64,000 nt of DNA from Octopus bimaculoides (Eukaryota). The notes under the pieces are model-generated. The model had not been told where the DNA came from. It ran no database searches and saw nothing but the letters and a program-made list of their open reading frames with translations. The stretch covers positions 39,182,642 through 39,246,641 of the forward strand of contig NC_068989.1 in assembly GCF_001194135.2 (NCBI RefSeq), in the 5' to 3' direction. Shown in pieces: positions 41,740-54,502 of this stretch; within the stretch, counting starts at the first letter, position 1; every line of letters starts with the position of its first letter. The position numbers were made by a program, and so were the translations under genes.

Positions 41740-41968
41740 TTGGGGAAATTTCAAACCTGGGTTCTCATTCCTAAGGTATTTTTTTTTCGATGTTATTATT
41801 ATTATTATTATTATTATTTTTCAGGTTACTACTTGGAATTGAACTCAGAATCTTGGGGTTAGTAGCCCGTGCTCTTAACCACTACGTCATATGCCCATGG
41901 ACATATGGTGTAGTGGGTAAGAGCATTGGCTACTAATCCCAAGATTCCGAGTTTGATTCCAGCAGTGA

Positions 41969-41999
<31 letters not shown>

Positions 42000-42065
42000 G
42001 ATAATAATAATAACAAGAGAAAAAAATACCTTAGGAATGAGAACCCAGGTTCGAAATTTCCCTAA

Positions 42066-42108
42066 GTCACCTGATGAAGGCTGGAGGGTATATCAGCCGA
42101 AACGTGTT
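42066..42108 (+). ncRNA. Minimal type-I hammerhead ribozyme motif (right arm)
   Basis: cac CTGATGA a ggctg gagggtatat cagcc GAAA C GT gtt: intact CUGAUGA and GAAA cores with perfect 5-bp stem II; a 3-nt deletion relative to the left arm affects the cleavage site and stem I. Confidence 0.75.
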
Positions 42109-43827
42109 AACAACAAACAAGATGAGGACAAATATCCGTCAAATGTAAATAATGTGAAAAATAAATAGATTTTAAATTTGAGAAAGAGAATAGTTTCCAG
42201 ATTCACAAACAAAGTTGCTTCCACATTTGGTAATACTTGTCTCCCAACAGGTTTTAGCTCCTGAAATGAGCATGTTCCAGATTTGTGTAGTAAAATCATA
42301 TGCAGATGATACCATTCAATATTTTGAAAGTTGATGAAACATTCTTCCAATTAACAATCTATGTTTTCTCTTTCTATAAGGATGCCTTCATTAGTACATA
42401 CTAATTACTTTTTTACATGCTGCAATTTTCTAATTACCCCAAATGTAATTGCAGTTTCCCCAATACAAATTGCAATTTGAGTTGAAGAAGCAGACTGGCT
42501 TCGACTCAAATTCAGTTGTGATTTGAAATTTCTGGAAAGAACTTTGGTACAAAGATTGTACTTCAGGCAAATTGTATAGAACAGTTTGCCTTTATTTTTG
42601 AATATGGTTCTTTGTCAAAGAATAATACGCTATTGAAGCCTTGCCACCTTTTCATATTCATCTCCCACATCAATTAGGAAAAGCAAATATAAAGGAAGTA
42701 TTTGTCATTGAATTTCTGTGAAATTAATTGAAATTGATATGAAGATATATCACAATATTTCTACAAAAGACAAATACACTCTCTCTACTCACAGTATAGA
42801 TGAAATAAAATAAAACAATACCTAGGAGCCATCTTCTTTCTCATTCACTCTTCATTGAGAATGATGTAAGGGTCAAAATTCAAGTCAGGCTCAAAGTGAA
42901 ACAGACGCACCCACACTCATACAGAATATCATTTAAATATTTTATGTAAAAAAGAAAATGTATGAGAGCTGGAAAACTTTTTGAATAATCAATGAAGATC
43001 ATGCGTGATTTAAAATGAGACAAGGTATAAGAAATATCCTCAAAAAAGAAACAAGCTGTCACACCAATCATTGTTTATTTACTCAAAATCTTTAAATTCC
43101 ATAGGCAGCTAATATCTGACAAATACTTGTAGGAAATTTAATAAGACTTTAAAACGTCTGGTAATGTCACTGTACTGGCCAATGATCAGACGTATACCCC
43201 CACTGCATGTCCATACACAATTTCTAACTAATTTGGATTTTAGAATTATTTCCCTTAGCATTCTTGAATAAAATTAACTGTTGAAGCTAACAATTTTTTG
43301 CCCCACTCCTCCCTACAAACTTAATTTTTATTAATTAAAAAAGAGTTGGGCTCATTATGAAATGTATGGTAGCTTCCACAAACTGAGAAGAAAAGTCTTT
43401 ATTAACAAACTGAAAAGAAGACAATAGAAATGTAAAAATCAGTTATCGTTGCTGATTATTGATCTAAAGAGGACATTTGTTAGGGTCAAAGCTACAGACA
43501 GTTTAGAGACAAATATTGCATTGTTGACAAATGATGGCTTCTATAAAGATCATTCATTATGAAATTAAGATGTGCCCTTAAAGGTTATTTTTCATAATTT
43601 CTTTTGCATATTTTAAAGCACACACTCATCATGTAACGTGTGTGAGAGAGAGAAATAAAATAAGAAAGAGAGTGTGTGTATTTTATATTCATTCATTTGC
43701 ATTTTGTCCATTTTTCCATGCTAAAATGAGCTATTTGATTATGTTATTGAGGTATTGCTGGCTGTCCTTGTTGCTAATCCTTATTTGTTTTTCCAGTCTT
43801 CAAAGATATGAAGTGGGAGATAGATTT

Positions 43828-44215
43828 TTTATTGTTGGCACTCTGTCACTTACGACGTTGAGGGTTTCAATTGATCCGATCAACGGAACAGCCTGCTCGT
43901 GAAATTAACGTGCAAGTGGCTGAGCATTCCACAGACACATGTACCCTTAACGTAGTTCGCGGGGATATTCAGCGAGACACAGTGTAACAAAGCTGGCCTC
44001 TTTGAAATACATGTACAACAGAAACAGGAAGAAAGAATGAGAGAAAGTTGTGGTGAAAGAGAACAGCAGGGTTCGCCACCATCCGCTGCTGGAGCTTCGT
44101 GGAGCTTTAGGTGTTTTCGCTCAATAAACACTCACAACGCCTGGTCTGGATATCGAAACTGCAATCCTATGACCGTGAGTCCGCTACCCTAACCACTGGG
44201 CCATTGCACCTCCAC
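43828..44215 (-). mobile_element. Full-length tRNA-derived SINE (same family as 614-994)
   Basis: A/B-box head at 44215-44150, same body and tail; direct repeat gagatagattt at 43817-43827 and 44218-44228. Confidence 0.85.
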
Positions 44216-44369
44216 GAGAGATAGATTTATTGATATAAATAACAACATTGCACATAGCAGATACTTCCAATGGATTTTTTCTGACTTTTCATCTACCAAG
44301 TATATTCACAAGGCCAGTGGTTGGCCAGTGGTTTTATATAGTCATGCAAAACAACACAGTATGGAATTG

Positions 44370-44660
44370 CATAGCTTATTAGTTAGAATATTTGGCTCCT
44401 GATCATAAGGTTATGAGTGCTATTCCTGATGATGCATTCTATCCTTAAGCAAAACACTTTATTTCGTGTTGCACCAGTTCATTCAGCTGGCAAAAATGAG
44501 TAACACCTGTATTTCAAAGGACCAGCCTTGCCACATTCTGTGTCATGCTGAATCTTAGAAGTGTCTGTGGAGTGCTCAACCACTTGCATGTTAATTTCAT
44601 GAGCAGGCTGTTCTATCGATCAAATCGACTGGAACATGCACTGTCATAACTGATGGAGTG
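44370..44660 (+). mobile_element. tRNA-derived SINE with different head/core but same 3' tail as 614-994 family
   Basis: ccttaagcaaaacactttatttc core followed by ttcaaaggaccagccttg...cacttgcatgttaatttcatgagcaggctgttc tail; related copy at about 52145-52455(-). Confidence 0.65.
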
Positions 44661-44991
44661 CCATTTTCTTTTTTTCTAAAAACAACACAAAAGCATAAAT
44701 GGGGAGCTGACAAGTAATAGAACAGAGATTCCTTAGTCTTGCATGGAATAAGATAACCTCCCAAGTGCTGGTATCATGGAAAAAGAATCTACCCTATATA
44801 TTCTGTAAAGTAGTGGGTGATAGAAAGGGAATCTAGGTGTAGAATCCATACTGAAAATGGAATGCGTGGCATGTGGTCTCTAGCATTTCTAGGAGGACAG
44901 TAACTCGAAACTAGAATTGACTTGGACTGTGACAACTCATCCAACTCAAATCAGCATGAACAAACATCATCATGATGAAGATAGGTGTGTA

Positions 44992-45040
<49 letters not shown>

Positions 45041-46198
45041 ATAGAATTGATGCGCGATGGGTTGAAATGATAATACTGAATAATAATGAGTTTTGTGAAG
45101 TCCATTTTCTTTCTCTTATAATTCATAAAGAAATTCCTGAAGTAAATCCATTGGCATATACATCCATTCTGTTGATGACACCAGGTAACCGAATACTGTG
45201 AATAGGCTTTAAACAGCACACTACAAGGTGTATACCTAAATTTAAAATTATTACTTATATAAAGCTATAATGAAAAGAATAAAGTTTTGCATTCTTTAAA
45301 TTAATAGAGTATTGGCAAATATTGTATAATATACTAAAATATTATTTTCGAATTTTGTATATTATTATAAATATAAATTTAATCTCAGAATAGGAACCAG
45401 TCACATAGCTAACAGCTAATCAGAAGGGTAAATATGATATACGAGTAAACAAATGACAAACATATAACAAGATATGGTTATAGAAACTCAAAAGTAAATT
45501 TATAAAACTGCTCAAAATCATGAAATAGTGTTTATAAGAAAAGTATATTACTTTCTTTTTCATAAGTACATCTAAAATTCTTGTAAAAGTCTAATCCATT
45601 AGAGTCAGAATATATATTATTTTATCTAAGAGTTATAGTCTTGAGGAAGTACATTATTCATTTAACATATACAAATTTGGATATTTCTTAAGTGGTAATT
45701 CAAGTTTTCCAAAACTTTCTAAAGAAAGATCATTATTATCATTATTGTAGATAGTATTATATTTGGGGGAAAAAAAAGAATTCTGAATATGAAACATTTG
45801 AAACTATAGGTTAAACTATGGAAAAATAAAATTTGTACAGTTGTTGCTGCAATTGCTAATGTAATCTAGAGAAGAGAGATAATTTTATTATTTAGTAGTT
45901 GGTGCTTAAAGGAAACACTGACACAATATTAGAATTTTGAAACTAATTCTTTTGAAGAATAAATAGTTGGAACTAATATTGAACTGTTCAATAGAAATCA
46001 GTAATTATACTATGCTGATGGTATTGTTGCTGTTTTTTCTTATGTTTGGTAAGATTTACTTACATATACCTTCATGACAATGTCAACAATAGAAACTGCT
46101 ATGTACAGAGAAGATACTTTACATTGTAAATAATAAGTTTAAAATATTAACCTACAAGTAAGAAATTGCTCTTTCTCTCTCTCTCTCTCTCTCTCTCT

Positions 46199-47122
46199 NN
46201 NNNNNNNNNNNNNNNNNNNNNNNNNNNNNNNNNNNNNNNNNNNNNNNNNNNNNNNNNNNNNNNNNNNNNNNNNNNNNNNNNNNNNNNNNNNNNNNNNNNN
46301 NNNNNNNNNNNNNNNNNNNNNNNNNNNNNNNNNNNNNNNNNNNNNNNNNNNNNNNNNNNNNNNNNNNNNNNNNNNNNNNNNNNNNNNNNNNNNNNNNNNN
46401 NNNNNNNNNNNNNNNNNNNNNNNNNNNNNNNNNNNNNNNNNNNNNNNNNNNNNNNNNNNNNNNNNNNNNNNNNNNNNNNNNNNNNNNNNNNNNNNNNNNN
46501 NNNNNNNNNNNNNNNNNNNNNNNNNNNNNNNNNNNNNNNNNNNNNNNNNNNNNNNNNNNNNNNNNNNNNNNNNNNNNNNNNNNNNNNNNNNNNNNNNNNN
46601 NNNNNNNNNNNNNNNNNNNNNNNNNNNNNNNNNNNNNNNNNNNNNNNNNNNNNNNNNNNNNNNNNNNNNNNNNNNNNNNNNNNNNNNNNNNNNNNNNNNN
46701 NNNNNNNNNNNNNNNNNNNNNNNNNNNNNNNNNNNNNNNNNNNNNNNNNNNNNNNNNNNNNNNNNNNNNNNNNNNNNNNNNNNNNNNNNNNNNNNNNNNN
46801 NNNNNNNNNNNNNNNNNNNNNNNNNNNNNNNNNNNNNNNNNNNNNNNNNNNNNNNNNNNNNNNNNNNNNNNNNNNNNNNNNNNNNNNNNNNNNNNNNNNN
46901 NNNNNNNNNNNNNNNNNNNNNNNNNNNNNNNNNNNNNNNNNNNNNNNNNNNNNNNNNNNNNNNNNNNNNNNNNNNNNNNNNNNNNNNNNNNNNNNNNNNN
47001 NNNNNNNNNNNNNNNNNNNNNNNNNNNNNNNNNNNNNNNNNNNNNNNNNNNNNNNNNNNNNNNNNNNNNNNNNNNNNNNNNNNNNNNNNNNNNNNNNNNN
47101 NNNNNNNNNNNNNNNNNNNNNN
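46199..47122. other. Assembly gap (N run)
   Basis: About 920 N between (CT)n and (TA)n. Confidence 1.
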
Positions 47123-49281
47123 TATATATATATATATATATATCTTTCTGTCTGTCTGTCTGCCTGAATAATTAACATTCTAGGATGGAAAAAAAATTTG
47201 GAATGCTTTTTAAACTATAAACTATTTTATAAGAAATTTCTAACCTCATTAAATGTTGAATTTAGCTTAATTCATTTGTATCAAGTTATGCCATACTGAA
47301 GGTTCCAAAAGAGAATAAAATAATGCTATACATGGTTACCAATGAATAAGAACTAAGAATTTTATAATGTGTTAAAAAAAAAAACTATATATTAAATGTA
47401 TTCATGTTCTTTACTTTTTTATGTAAATTTCAAATTTTCAAATCTGACTTAACTTAATCTAGAAGAGATTAATAGTTAACCACCACGTGTTCAAGAGATA
47501 GAAGAGCTGTGAGTGTCTGATTCATGGAAAAACAACAATGACCTGCCAGCTTACTGATCTGTCACCTCCCCTACGATGTGTCAGATATGATAGGCCCAAT
47601 TAGACAATATGTATGGCATCTCCAGAGACAGGTCTACTATAGTACCTGTTTTGTTAGATCTCATATTGGTGGTCTTGCACTCTTAAGAACTTCTACAGAA
47701 GCACTATTGTTTCTTTTAACATCACAAAGCTTTCAGGTGTATCTAACATAATAATTATATCATCGTATCATCAGTTTTTGTTCACCATCCTACATCTCAT
47801 TTCTTGGAATAAAGGTTTCTTGATTGGCTGTGACGTTCTAGATTATGCTGATGTGGTTTTTTATTACCCTCAGTCTTTCCTGACTTTAGCTGTATCTTTC
47901 ACACCCTTCCTTCTGTATAATAATGATGTTATTGCTATTTCTAACATATACATTCTAACCTAGATGGTGCCATACCTTCATTCCTTTATATTCATCCCTA
48001 GACAACAGTCATTTAAAATCATCAAGGGTGAACCATCTCGCATGAACAAGGACTTAGAAAATATTCTCATAATACTATATAGTCTCTGAACAACATACTC
48101 CCACACCAAACAAATAAAACAAATATTTACATATAATAAAAAAAAAACAGATACTGCCTACATTATAGAAAAAATAAGAATATTACATATATATCAAAAA
48201 TATAAGTTTTACATGTTTTAAAGAAACGGTGTTGCAACATTATACTGACTTTATTAATTAACAAAACTTGGTTAAAACCTACACAAACTTGCTGCAAGTG
48301 CTAAGTCTTGCAATCTTTGTAGTATCAGAAAAAATGTCAGCTTTGATTAGTTATTGAATTACACTGTATAACAGGACTTTTTTATATTGTTTTTGTCTTT
48401 GGTCAGTAAGTGTTATTTCCTATTTGTTTCTATCTAAAAATCAAAGGAAACAAATACTATCTCATTCAAACTTTGCTTTTTGACCTACCTGGACATCAAT
48501 GTTTAGAAACTGACCTTTTTCCATTACATTTCAGATAGATTCAGTACTGAGTTGCTGAAGCAGAAATATCATTATAACAAATATTCTGCTCTATACCACA
48601 GATTTGCTTGTCATTTGCTTGACCGTAACCACTTGATTATGTCCCTCAGTGGCTGACAATATGTGCATCTCTGATCATGAGCAGGAGTAGTGGGGGAGCA
48701 TCATAGCCATGTGTTGAAAAGGATTCTTTGGGGCTTTAATAAATATTGTAACATGAGCAAATTTTGAAGGAAATATTAGCCTATTTTTCATACTTTCTAC
48801 GGGTAAGCAAATAGGAAATAGTTGCTACCCAAAAACAGAAATTGTGTTACACAGTGTAATGTTTATATCTGAAGCATGTAGTCTCACTAATTACACACAC
48901 TGGTTTAGAATTCATAAAATCTGTTTCAATTGTTCTATTATCAATTATCACCACCATCATCATCATTTTAATGTCTCTTTTTTCCATGCTTGCATGAGAC
49001 AAACAAAAATTATTGAGACACATTTTCTATAATCAGATGTTCTTCCTGTCACCAATCTCATCAGTTTCCAAGCAACATAATATTACATTTAGGACCTTAC
49101 ACTTGAACAGCTTAATGGCACATCATATTTTTCTCTAAAGATTGCAAATGAATGACGCAGCTTGAATGACAGTGACATTTGTTTACCATTAGCATACAAT
49201 GTTAAGATAAGAAGACACAAACACACACAATCTTAGGCATATAGACATAGACATGTGTGTGTCTATATACTTAGACACATA

Positions 49282-49729
49282 CAGGGGTTGGACAAAATAA
49301 TGGAAACACCTTAAAATTTCCAACAAATTTATTTTAATATGGGGTAGGACCGCCTTTGGCAGTAATTACAGCTTGAATTCTATGAGGTACAAACTCGTAC
49401 AAAGTTTGAATTGTTTCCAAAGGAATTTTTGTCCATTCTTCAGTTAAAACAGTCTCCAGTTTTTGTAGTGATGATGGTGGAAGATATTGACTCCTTACTT
49501 GTTTTTCTAAAATGCACCATAAATGTTCAATAATATTAAGATCTGGGGACTGTGGTAGCCAGATAAGATTTTCAACTTCACTAGAATGTTCCTCGTGCCA
49601 TTCAGTAACAACTTTAGCTGTGTGAATTGGTGCATTATCATCCTGAAAGATTGCGTTTCCCTTTGGAAATTGTTCTGCAACCATAGGATGAATTTGATCA
49701 GATAAAATGCTTAAATAGTCTTCACTCAC
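49282..49729 (-). mobile_element. Tc1-family transposon, 3' half (DD34E transposase C-terminus + TIR)
   Basis: Minus ORF 49334-49729: FQDDNAPIHTA...WLPQSPDLNIIEHLW...GGPTPY*. Terminal TA|CAGGGGTTGGACAAAATAATGGAAACACC at 49280-49310. The 5' half is missing. Confidence 0.9.
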
Positions 49730-51331
49730 TGGTTCTTCTCTATCCGCACTCTCTTCTTACAAATTACTATGAGTATTTAGGCACTTCATCATCACTCTGC
49801 TTCAGCTCCATTCCAGCCTCTCCTATCCACCCATTTAAAATACAAAGTAGCTATGAGTCTTCTCTACAGATAACAAATCTGTTTTCTACCTGTATCCGAC
49901 CTCTTATCCTTCTCTTCAGTCAAGTGAGCACTTTAGTCTTGCATGCTACAAGGTGACCTCATAAAGGCGGGTGCCGTGAAAAAAGCACCCTGCAGACTCT
50001 ATAGAATGGTTGACATCAGAAAAGGAATCAAGTCATAGAAATCATGCCCAAATTGTAATACTGGAGCCAGGCATGATCTTCATGCTCATTGGATTTGTTT
50101 GGGTTGATGCAAAGTGGGACTGAACTTGAAATCATGTGGTTGTAAAACAAACTTTCTTAAACACAAATAGAAATAATAGTTACTACAAAATTACGTATGT
50201 CTACTAGTTGCCAATCTTGTATTTAAGAAAAGCCTGTGCAGCAAGTGTTCATATAAGCTAATATTTATATGTTTAAATAAACAATAAGAAATGTTAAAGT
50301 GAATAATAGTCATACTGTACTGATTTACTCTACAGGTATTTAAAGTATTGAAAAATGTAAGTAATAAATTATATAAGATGAGAGTAATGCTAAGTTAATT
50401 ATCGGAAATATTTCAGCTAATGGCAACAGTTTGGTACAGAATACGTAAGTTATTTTTTGGAGCATTTTCATATGTCAAAATGTCAATATTTTCAGACAGT
50501 ATTATACAAATATAACTCATTATTATCAATATATTATATATATTATTAAAATATTAGTGCACTTCTAAATACAGGGTAAAATAAAGGTAAGCTATTAGTG
50601 AGAATTTTCTATGAAGTTAGTAGGAGAGTCAGTACTGCATATCTTCACAGAATTGTGAAACTGAGGGCCCTGCAATCATTGTTCATTGTTAATTATAGTT
50701 ATTTTATTATTCCTTATTCCTAAAAGAATATATTGATTTCAAATTCTGGCACAAGGCCAGCAATTTCGGGGGAGGGAGTAAGTGAATTACATCAACTCCA
50801 GGTATCAACTGGTACTTATTTTATTGATCCCGAAAGGGATGAACGACTAAGATGACCTTGGCAGAATTTGAACCCAGAACATAAAGATGCACAAAATGCC
50901 ACTAAGCATTTTGCTTTGCATGCTAAGGACTCTGCCAGCCTGCCACTTGCCAGAAAGTATATGTTAAAAGAGATGCAACATTGGAAAAAAGAAATGAGTT
51001 TATCTAATGTTTGTCTGAGAGTGTATGTATATGTGTAAATTGCAGTTATATATATGTGTAATGTATCATTATATATATATATGTATGTATGTATTTATAT
51101 ATATATATATATATATGAAATGACAAATATCAAAGAATAGAGTTAGCAAATAATATTAATACTTCCTTTTCAGTCATTTCATTATTATTCAATATAATCA
51201 ATCTGGCGTAATATTGCAACCATGACAGTAACTAATGATTAATTTCCATTTGCTACGTAGGATTTCTTTTATAACACATGTTGAACATGATTCTTCAGAT
51301 TTCTGTGCAAAACTACATGTGTGTGTATCTG

Positions 51332-51402
<71 letters not shown>

Positions 51403-52016
51403 GTGTGTTGTGTATATATATATATCTACCTATCTATCTATCTATCTATCTATATATATATATATATATATATGAAATAATTAAGTTAATGTCTGTTCAT
51501 AGAGTGACCAATGGTTTCGCATCCACAAAGATCATAGCCTTGTGGATGTCTAAAGCTGAAGACAAAATGCATACACATATATATAGAGAGAGAGAGTGGG
51601 AGAGAGAGAGAGATAGAGAGGGAGAGAACGAGACAGACAAATAGACAGAGACACAAATAGACACAAACATGCACAATTTCAAAGTTTTTGAACTAACAAA
51701 TGTTTAATTTGATGTGAGTCAGAAGGGTTTTTTATTTTTTTATGAAGAGAAAATAGGTTGGTTGAGCTTCAAACAGTATTTGTACACATTTCCTCATGAA
51801 TATGTTCATATAATAGTGAGCTAAGGGTAATAATATGTTACAAGTCTCTTCTCTTAATATAGGAAATATAATATACATACTTTCTACATAAACTAAATTC
51901 GCAGGGTAGGAATACACACACACATATATTTACTGGAACACTCCACGATGGCGTCCACAAAACCAGACTCTTTCATATGTATGCATGTATACATACATAT
52001 ATATGTATATATATAC

Positions 52017-52106
<90 letters not shown>

Positions 52107-52558
52107 ATTTATATGTATACTCACACAAATATATTAAAACTAGCTCCCCGTTGGTTACAAAATCAAAGGTTCCAGTGGATCTAATCAATGAAACAGCCTG
52201 CTCATGAAAGTGCAAGTGGCTGAGCATTCTGCAGACACACGTACCCTTAACATAATTCTCAGAGAGATTGGCTATGGCACAGAATGTGATAAAGCTGGCC
52301 CTTTGAAGTACAGGTAAACCTCATTTTTCCCAGCCAAGTGGACTGGAGCAATATGAAATAAAGTGTCTTGCTCAAGGACACAACAGGCCACCAGGAGACA
52401 AACTCACAACTTTATGGTTGTAAGCTGAACACCCTCATCCCTAACCATGCACCTTTCACTATATATATATATATATATATATATGCACAAATTTATATTA
52501 TTTTTTATATTGCTTTTAAAGTACATAAATGCTATATAAATAAAAGCATGTAAATATT

Positions 52559-53105
52559 NNNNNNNNNNNNNNNNNNNNNNNNNNNNNNNNNNNNNNNNNN
52601 NNNNNNNNNNNNNNNNNNNNNNNNNNNNNNNNNNNNNNNNNNNNNNNNNNNNNNNNNNNNNNNNNNNNNNNNNNNNNNNNNNNNNNNNNNNNNNNNNNNN
52701 NNNNNNNNNNNNNNNNNNNNNNNNNNNNNNNNNNNNNNNNNNNNNNNNNNNNNNNNNNNNNNNNNNNNNNNNNNNNNNNNNNNNNNNNNNNNNNNNNNNN
52801 NNNNNNNNNNNNNNNNNNNNNNNNNNNNNNNNNNNNNNNNNNNNNNNNNNNNNNNNNNNNNNNNNNNNNNNNNNNNNNNNNNNNNNNNNNNNNNNNNNNN
52901 NNNNNNNNNNNNNNNNNNNNNNNNNNNNNNNNNNNNNNNNNNNNNNNNNNNNNNNNNNNNNNNNNNNNNNNNNNNNNNNNNNNNNNNNNNNNNNNNNNNN
53001 NNNNNNNNNNNNNNNNNNNNNNNNNNNNNNNNNNNNNNNNNNNNNNNNNNNNNNNNNNNNNNNNNNNNNNNNNNNNNNNNNNNNNNNNNNNNNNNNNNNN
53101 NNNNN
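52559..53105. other. Assembly gap (N run)
   Basis: About 547 N. A further 10-N gap lies at 55846-55855. Confidence 1.
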
Positions 53106-54194
53106 TATTTTATTTAAGTAAATGCATACATTTTGATAATTAGAAAATACTCAAACATTATGAACTTTTACAATTAATTTTAAGTTGCTGTAAGCCAATA
53201 ATGATGAATGTGGTGTGATGCTGATAGTAGTGTTAATGAGGAGGGGGCAGAGAAGAGAAAGAGGATTGCAACAGTAATGTCTCCGCTTTTGTATTATTAT
53301 TGTTGCTATTGTTGTTGTTGATAGAGAAATGATCATTGAGAAGATATAATAACTTCCGCACCAAAGTTGACAGCTAAAATAGATCCATTGTCAATCTCTA
53401 ATATTTTATCCAAATTTATAACATTATATAATTTTCAATTTTACTTTTATATCATATTGAAATTGCTGCTATCTCTCACTTCTAACAATTGAAGATTAAA
53501 CAAAGCTGTCTGGAAATTATCAATAAAACACGGAAGAATAGTAAGATTTCCAACTCAAGAAAGTTACCCCAAACTAGTTTGTGACCAATTAATTAATGCA
53601 TTTGCAGAATAGCTATATATAATAGCTATTATGAGTTGCCATTATCTGCTCTGATTGTTTTGCAGTGTTGGTCTATCCTTAGGATTATTACCTTCATATC
53701 ATGTGATGTCATGAACTGTGTCTGAATTGGAATTAATGAGACACACTAATGCAAAATCAGTCTTGTTCTCTCATTCAAACCCACCTTGATTTGAAGACAA
53801 AGTCCAGATGTTTTGAGGTACATCTTGGTGCAGCAGATGACCAGGACTTTTATGAAGTACCTTATCACACTCTTAGCATTCCATAAACTGTCTGAAACTA
53901 TCATTTTGGCTGTTAGACATACTGTTGGACTTAATTTGTCTGTTCAGTCAGTCTTCAGATGCTAGGTGATCCCAAGTCACTAAAGGTTTAACACCCAATG
54001 TCTATCCAAATCTAGAGATTTGTAGAATTTTCATCAATTCAGTTTCATTTACAAGGTTCTTGTTGACCAATTGCTATAATAGAAAACCTTACCAAAGGTT
54101 CCACACAGTGACATGAATTTTGACATTCATCATCTGACACAAAATCACCTCCACCAGTGCCCCCTCTCTTCTCAAAGATTCCTTGTCTTGCAAA

Positions 54195-54502
54195 GTTACT
54201 TGGTGACCCTGCCAGTGCTGGTGCCACTTAAAAAGCATGTAGTCCACACTGTAAAGTGGTTGGCATTTGGAAGGGCAACCAGCTGTAAAACCTATGCTAA
54301 AACTGACCTTTTCTGTGCTGGTGTCACATAAAAAGCACTCAGCTCACTCTGCTGGGTGGTTGGTGCTAGGAAAAGCATCCAGCCTTAAAAAGCAGCTCAA
54401 AACAGACATAGAAGTATGGTGCAGGCTTCTGCCTGGCCAGCATCTGTCAAACTGCCCAACCCATGCCAGCATGGAAGGAGGACGTTAAACGATGGTGATG
54501 AT
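54195..54502 (+). mobile_element. Family A SINE/RTE 3' fragment(s)
   Basis: Two partially duplicated gtggttggc...ggaagggc blocks ending aacccatgccagcatggaaggaggacgttaaacgatggtgatg. Confidence 0.7.

Larger units (their letters stand above)
41647..42155. mobile_element. Palindromic head-to-head dimer of a tRNA-headed, hammerhead-tailed element
   Basis: Two ~250-bp arms are reverse complements about the axis ccca|tgg (41897/41898) with no spacer. Each arm = A-box/B-box tRNA-like head, (AAT)n, then a conserved ~130-bp tail. Confidence 0.93.

Noticed and set aside
41899-41970. Functional tRNA gene at the centre of the palindrome
   Set aside because: No proper acceptor stem or terminator; it runs straight into (AAT)n and exists as two diverged inverted copies, so it is treated as a SINE-like head.
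42280-42330. YADDT-like RT motif on the + strand
   Set aside because: Isolated five-residue match with a stop just downstream and no upstream RT motifs.
50336-50444. Two candidate micro-exons (50336-50356 and 50417-50444), each with an AG acceptor and GTAAGT donor
   Set aside because: Translations (VFKVLKN; LMATVWYRI or ANGNSLVQN) do not match the expected next aminopeptidase exon (DRxxLIDDAF); such signals arise by chance in AT-rich DNA.
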